DNA of 64,000 nucleotides. Origin: a virus (lineage: Duplodnaviria > Caudoviricetes). The position numbers were made by a program, and so were the translations under genes. The notes under the pieces are model-generated. The model worked only from the letters and a program-made list of their open reading frames with translations, did not search any database and was not told the origin of the DNA. The stretch is from positions 12,585 through 76,584 of IMG/VR virus record IMGVR_UViG_3300032305_001732. One strand, 5' to 3'. This document shows positions 61,398 through 64,000 of this stretch, piece after piece. Numbering within the stretch: position 1 is the stretch's first letter; every line of letters starts with the position of its first letter.

Positions 61398-64000
61398 ATG
61401 GCTTACGTCAAACCGCAAGTTCTTGTTTTTCAAGAATTCACGATTGTCCCGACAGAGATCACTGAGCCGCTTCGCGCGCATATCTCGGGCCCGAACGCCA
61501 TGCTTCACCGGTACGGCGTAGCCGCCGAAAAAGCGCTCTGCCGCATTGGTACATACAACGCGAACAGCGATACTTGCTACACGTGGCCAGAACGCACTCC
61601 AGGCGGCGTTGTTGACGCGCCTTACGTCAAGCTGTTTGTAGATGACGCGTTACTTAAATATTACGAGCAGCTTATTGGCGACGCGCGCACTGTAACAAAA
61701 GCTGTGCTAGCCCGGACTAATTGGATCGAGTCTGTTGCCGGTACAGGCCCAGGCGCCAGCGCGGTGTATTACAAATCGAACGGCGCCACGCGTGCTCGTA
61801 GCGCCGCCTTCAAAGACCGCGACGTTAAAATCGGCGACGTTGTGTATCTGCGCTCAGCCGACGCTCAGTGCGTTGAAACAACTCTGTGGACAGAGGTTGC
61901 TGGTTTTGCTAGCGAAATGATTGCATCGACTATTGCTAATGCCGTGGTCGACGAAAGAAATGCAGACCCGCTGACTGCTTCTACAGCGTTTGCCAAAGTC
62001 GGCGCTGTGACGAACGCAGTAGATATTCTTTCGGCAAATGCGCTTTACAGCGGCGTTAAAGACGGCGTGCTGCGTGAAATTTACACGCTAGAAGTTATCG
62101 AGAATCCCGTGCCGGGTTGTACAAACGCTGTTATTCGTGTTCGCTCAAACAGCAAGCTTGACGACGTGGCGGCAGTAAATCCAGGTAACTTCGGCGACGA
62201 CGTGCCGATCGGAACACGCGGCCTCACAGTAAAATTTACGCGCGGTACAACTACTGACACGTTTATTGTTGGGCAGAAGTGGACAGTGACTGTTCAGCAG
62301 ACTTTCGTGCCGGCTATCGCCGTTTCGAGCAATGGTAGTAGCACCGCTCCGACTACTTACGGCGGCGATGTAAACGATACTTATATCATCGAGTGCGTGG
62401 TTGGTGGAGACATCGACGGCACACCTAACTATCCGCAGGTTGTTGTGCGCACGGCTAAGGGCCGCGATCACATGGGTCCGTTTAAAGTAGACGTATCAGG
62501 TAGCACTGCAAGCAGCTTCTTCTCGATTGGCTCGCAGGGTGTTGCTGTAGCGTTCACCAAAGCAGACGGCGCGTCTGTTCCGCAGTTGTGCAAGGGCGAC
62601 AAGTGGTATATCGGCGTGACGGCCGCAGTGGCCGGCGCTGCTAACAAACTTATCCTTCGCCACGATCTACCGTCGGCAATGCGCGGTTCTGAGGCGCAAC
62701 CTGCGCTGCTCGATATTCGTCTTTACATCAAGTCTGATATCGAGGTTTCACGTAACCGCCTCAGCGCGCCGCCAGCTGTTAACTACGAGCTTGAAGAGAC
62801 ACAAATTTGCGTTAAAGCCGGCGCTACAGCTTACCACCCTGAGTGGAAAGCGTCTGGTGTGCAGCTGCCGCTGCCGATTACTGCCGGCACAATGTATGTT
62901 GAGTACCGCGAGTGGTTATCTGATCTGTGCGACGAGGTTAACGGCATGAGCTCGGTCGGCGAGCTTGACGCTATTCCCGGTCAGCTCGATCCGGACAACC
63001 CGCTGAAATGGGGCGTTTACAAAGCGCTCAGCAACAGCAACGGTACAGTTGTGAAGTACACAGCTGTGGCCGATCCGCGCAATCTCGACAAGTGGCAAGA
63101 TGTTATCGAGCGTCTCGTGGGTCGCGACGATCTCTATAATCTTGTCCCGCTCACGTTTGATAAGCGCGTGCATGACCTGTACGCCGCTTACATCGTTGAC
63201 GAGTCAAACGAGATTGCTAACAACTGGAAGGCCGGTTTCTTCGGCATTCCTAGCCGCTCGAGCCGACTCGTCATTGGCGCCGGCGCAGAAATTGCTGGCG
63301 TAGCTGGTCGTTTAATCGCTGGTCCTGTACTCGCCACTGTTTCTGATAACAGCCAGGCCACAGGCGAGCAATACACGCGGCTACAAGTTGTTGGTACTAG
63401 CTATTTTATTACAAACAATGTGCAGCCCGGCGACATTGTGCGCTACGGCTACGCAGTAGACGGATTTGGCGTTGAGACTTATCGCGAATACGTTGTAGAT
63501 CAGGTGCTGTCGGAGAACGCGCTGGTTCTGTACTCAGGTACCGATACAGCTATCACTGTTCCCGAGCGCATCGAGATTTGGCACAACATGGCCCGGTCTG
63601 AAATGGCAACTGACATTGCACGCCGCGCCGGTGTGCTGTCGAATCGTCGCGTATGCGCCGTGTGGCCTGATCAGGTAGGTTCGGCCGGCACGCTGCAGCC
63701 TGGTTTCTTCCTTGCTGCCGCTCTTGCCGGTCTTGCGTCGGGCGTTGTTCCGCACCAGGGTCTGACACAGGTAGAGGTTGCCGGGTTTGACGACTACAGT
63801 CGTTCATACAAGCTGTTTAACGAAACACAGCTTAATGAGATGGCTGAAGCCGGCACCTGGATTGTTACTCAAGCTCGTGATGGTACGCCATACACTCGGC
63901 ACGCCGTCACGACTGACAACCTCGACCTGAACCGCCGAGAAGAAATGATTCGCCGCAACGTGGACTCGATGTCGTACCTGTTCCTGCGCCGCCTCCGTCC
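61398..64000 (+). CDS. Tail sheath protein (runs off the window end; absent from the ORF track)
   Basis: GGAG SD, ATG at 61398 (MAYVKPQVLVFQEF...), and a frame I read as open to base 64000. LAAALAGLASG..PHQGLT, AEAGTWIV and RHAVTTD...EEMIRRNVD are sheath core motifs. Confidence 0.8.
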   Translation, partial: MAYVKPQVLVFQEFTIVPTEITEPLRAHISGPNAMLHRYGVAAEKALCRIGTYNANSDTCYTWPERTPGGVVDAPYVKLFVDDALLKYYEQLIGDARTVTKAVLARTNWIESVAGTGPGASAVYYKSNGATRARSAAFKDRDVKIGDVVYLRSADAQCVETTLWTEVAGFASEMIASTIANAVVDERNADPLTASTAFAKVGAVTNAVDILSANALYSGVKDGVLREIYTLEVIENPVPGCTNAVIRVRSNSKLDDVAAVNPGNFGDDVPIGTRGLTVKFTRGTTTDTFIVGQKWTVTVQQTFVPAIAVSSNGSSTAPTTYGGDVNDTYIIECVVGGDIDGTPNYPQVVVRTAKGRDHMGPFKVDVSGSTASSFFSIGSQGVAVAFTKADGASVPQLCKGDKWYIGVTAAVAGAANKLILRHDLPSAMRGSEAQPALLDIRLYIKSDIEVSRNRLSAPPAVNYELEETQICVKAGATAYHPEWKASGVQLPLPITAGTMYVEYREWLSDLCDEVNGMSSVGELDAIPGQLDPDNPLKWGVYKALSNSNGTVVKYTAVADPRNLDKWQDVIERLVGRDDLYNLVPLTFDKRVHDLYAAYIVDESNEIANNWKAGFFGIPSRSSRLVIGAGAEIAGVAGRLIAGPVLATVSDNSQATGEQYTRLQVVGTSYFITNNVQPGDIVRYGYAVDGFGVETYREYVVDQVLSENALVLYSGTDTAITVPERIEIWHNMARSEMATDIARRAGVLSNRRVCAVWPDQVGSAGTLQPGFFLAAALAGLASGVVPHQGLTQVEVAGFDDYSRSYKLFNETQLNEMAEAGTWIVTQARDGTPYTRHAVTTDNLDLNRREEMIRRNVDSMSYLFLRRLR

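Noticed and set aside
1-64000. CRISPR array, IS element, integrase, intein or diversity-generating retroelement
   Set aside because: No regularly spaced repeats, transposase, recombinase, intein or reverse transcriptase motifs, and no adenine-variable repeat pair seen in the fibre genes. A by-eye search could miss a short template repeat.

Overview
One 64 kb segment of a large myovirus-type (contractile-tail) phage genome. It uses the standard genetic code, and all credible genes but one are on the + strand. It carries the head module (prohead protease, scaffold, decoration protein, major capsid protein), neck and tail-completion genes, the start of the tail sheath, several tail-fibre or spike genes, accessory genes (glycosyl/methyltransferases, PhoH, ferritin-like, cupin, tRNA-Ser, an actin-fold ATPase, a GIY-YIG-like endonuclease, four non-head proteases) and a two-gene multisubunit RNA polymerase. 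No terminase, portal or DNA polymerase is recognisable here. The main signal is a coherent candidate 'packaged and injected' system. (1) The RNA polymerase is split unusually (beta fused to the N-terminal, catalytic half of beta', plus a separate beta' C-terminal half). It has lost both zinc sites and has no cysteine in about 2,100 residues. (2) A family of glycine-zipper proteins, a poxvirus D6/D11-like SF2 ATPase domain and a 2H phosphoesterase domain are likewise essentially Cys-free. (3) These proteins, the capsid protein, the scaffold and the protease itself carry a recurring K-x-A motif at leader ends and domain boundaries, suggesting head-protease-processed polyproteins. Separately, a roughly 220 nt intergenic region with its own extended -10 element folds into a closed multi-hairpin structure that matches no RNA family I recognise. 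All functional calls come from reading motifs by eye; no database searches were run.
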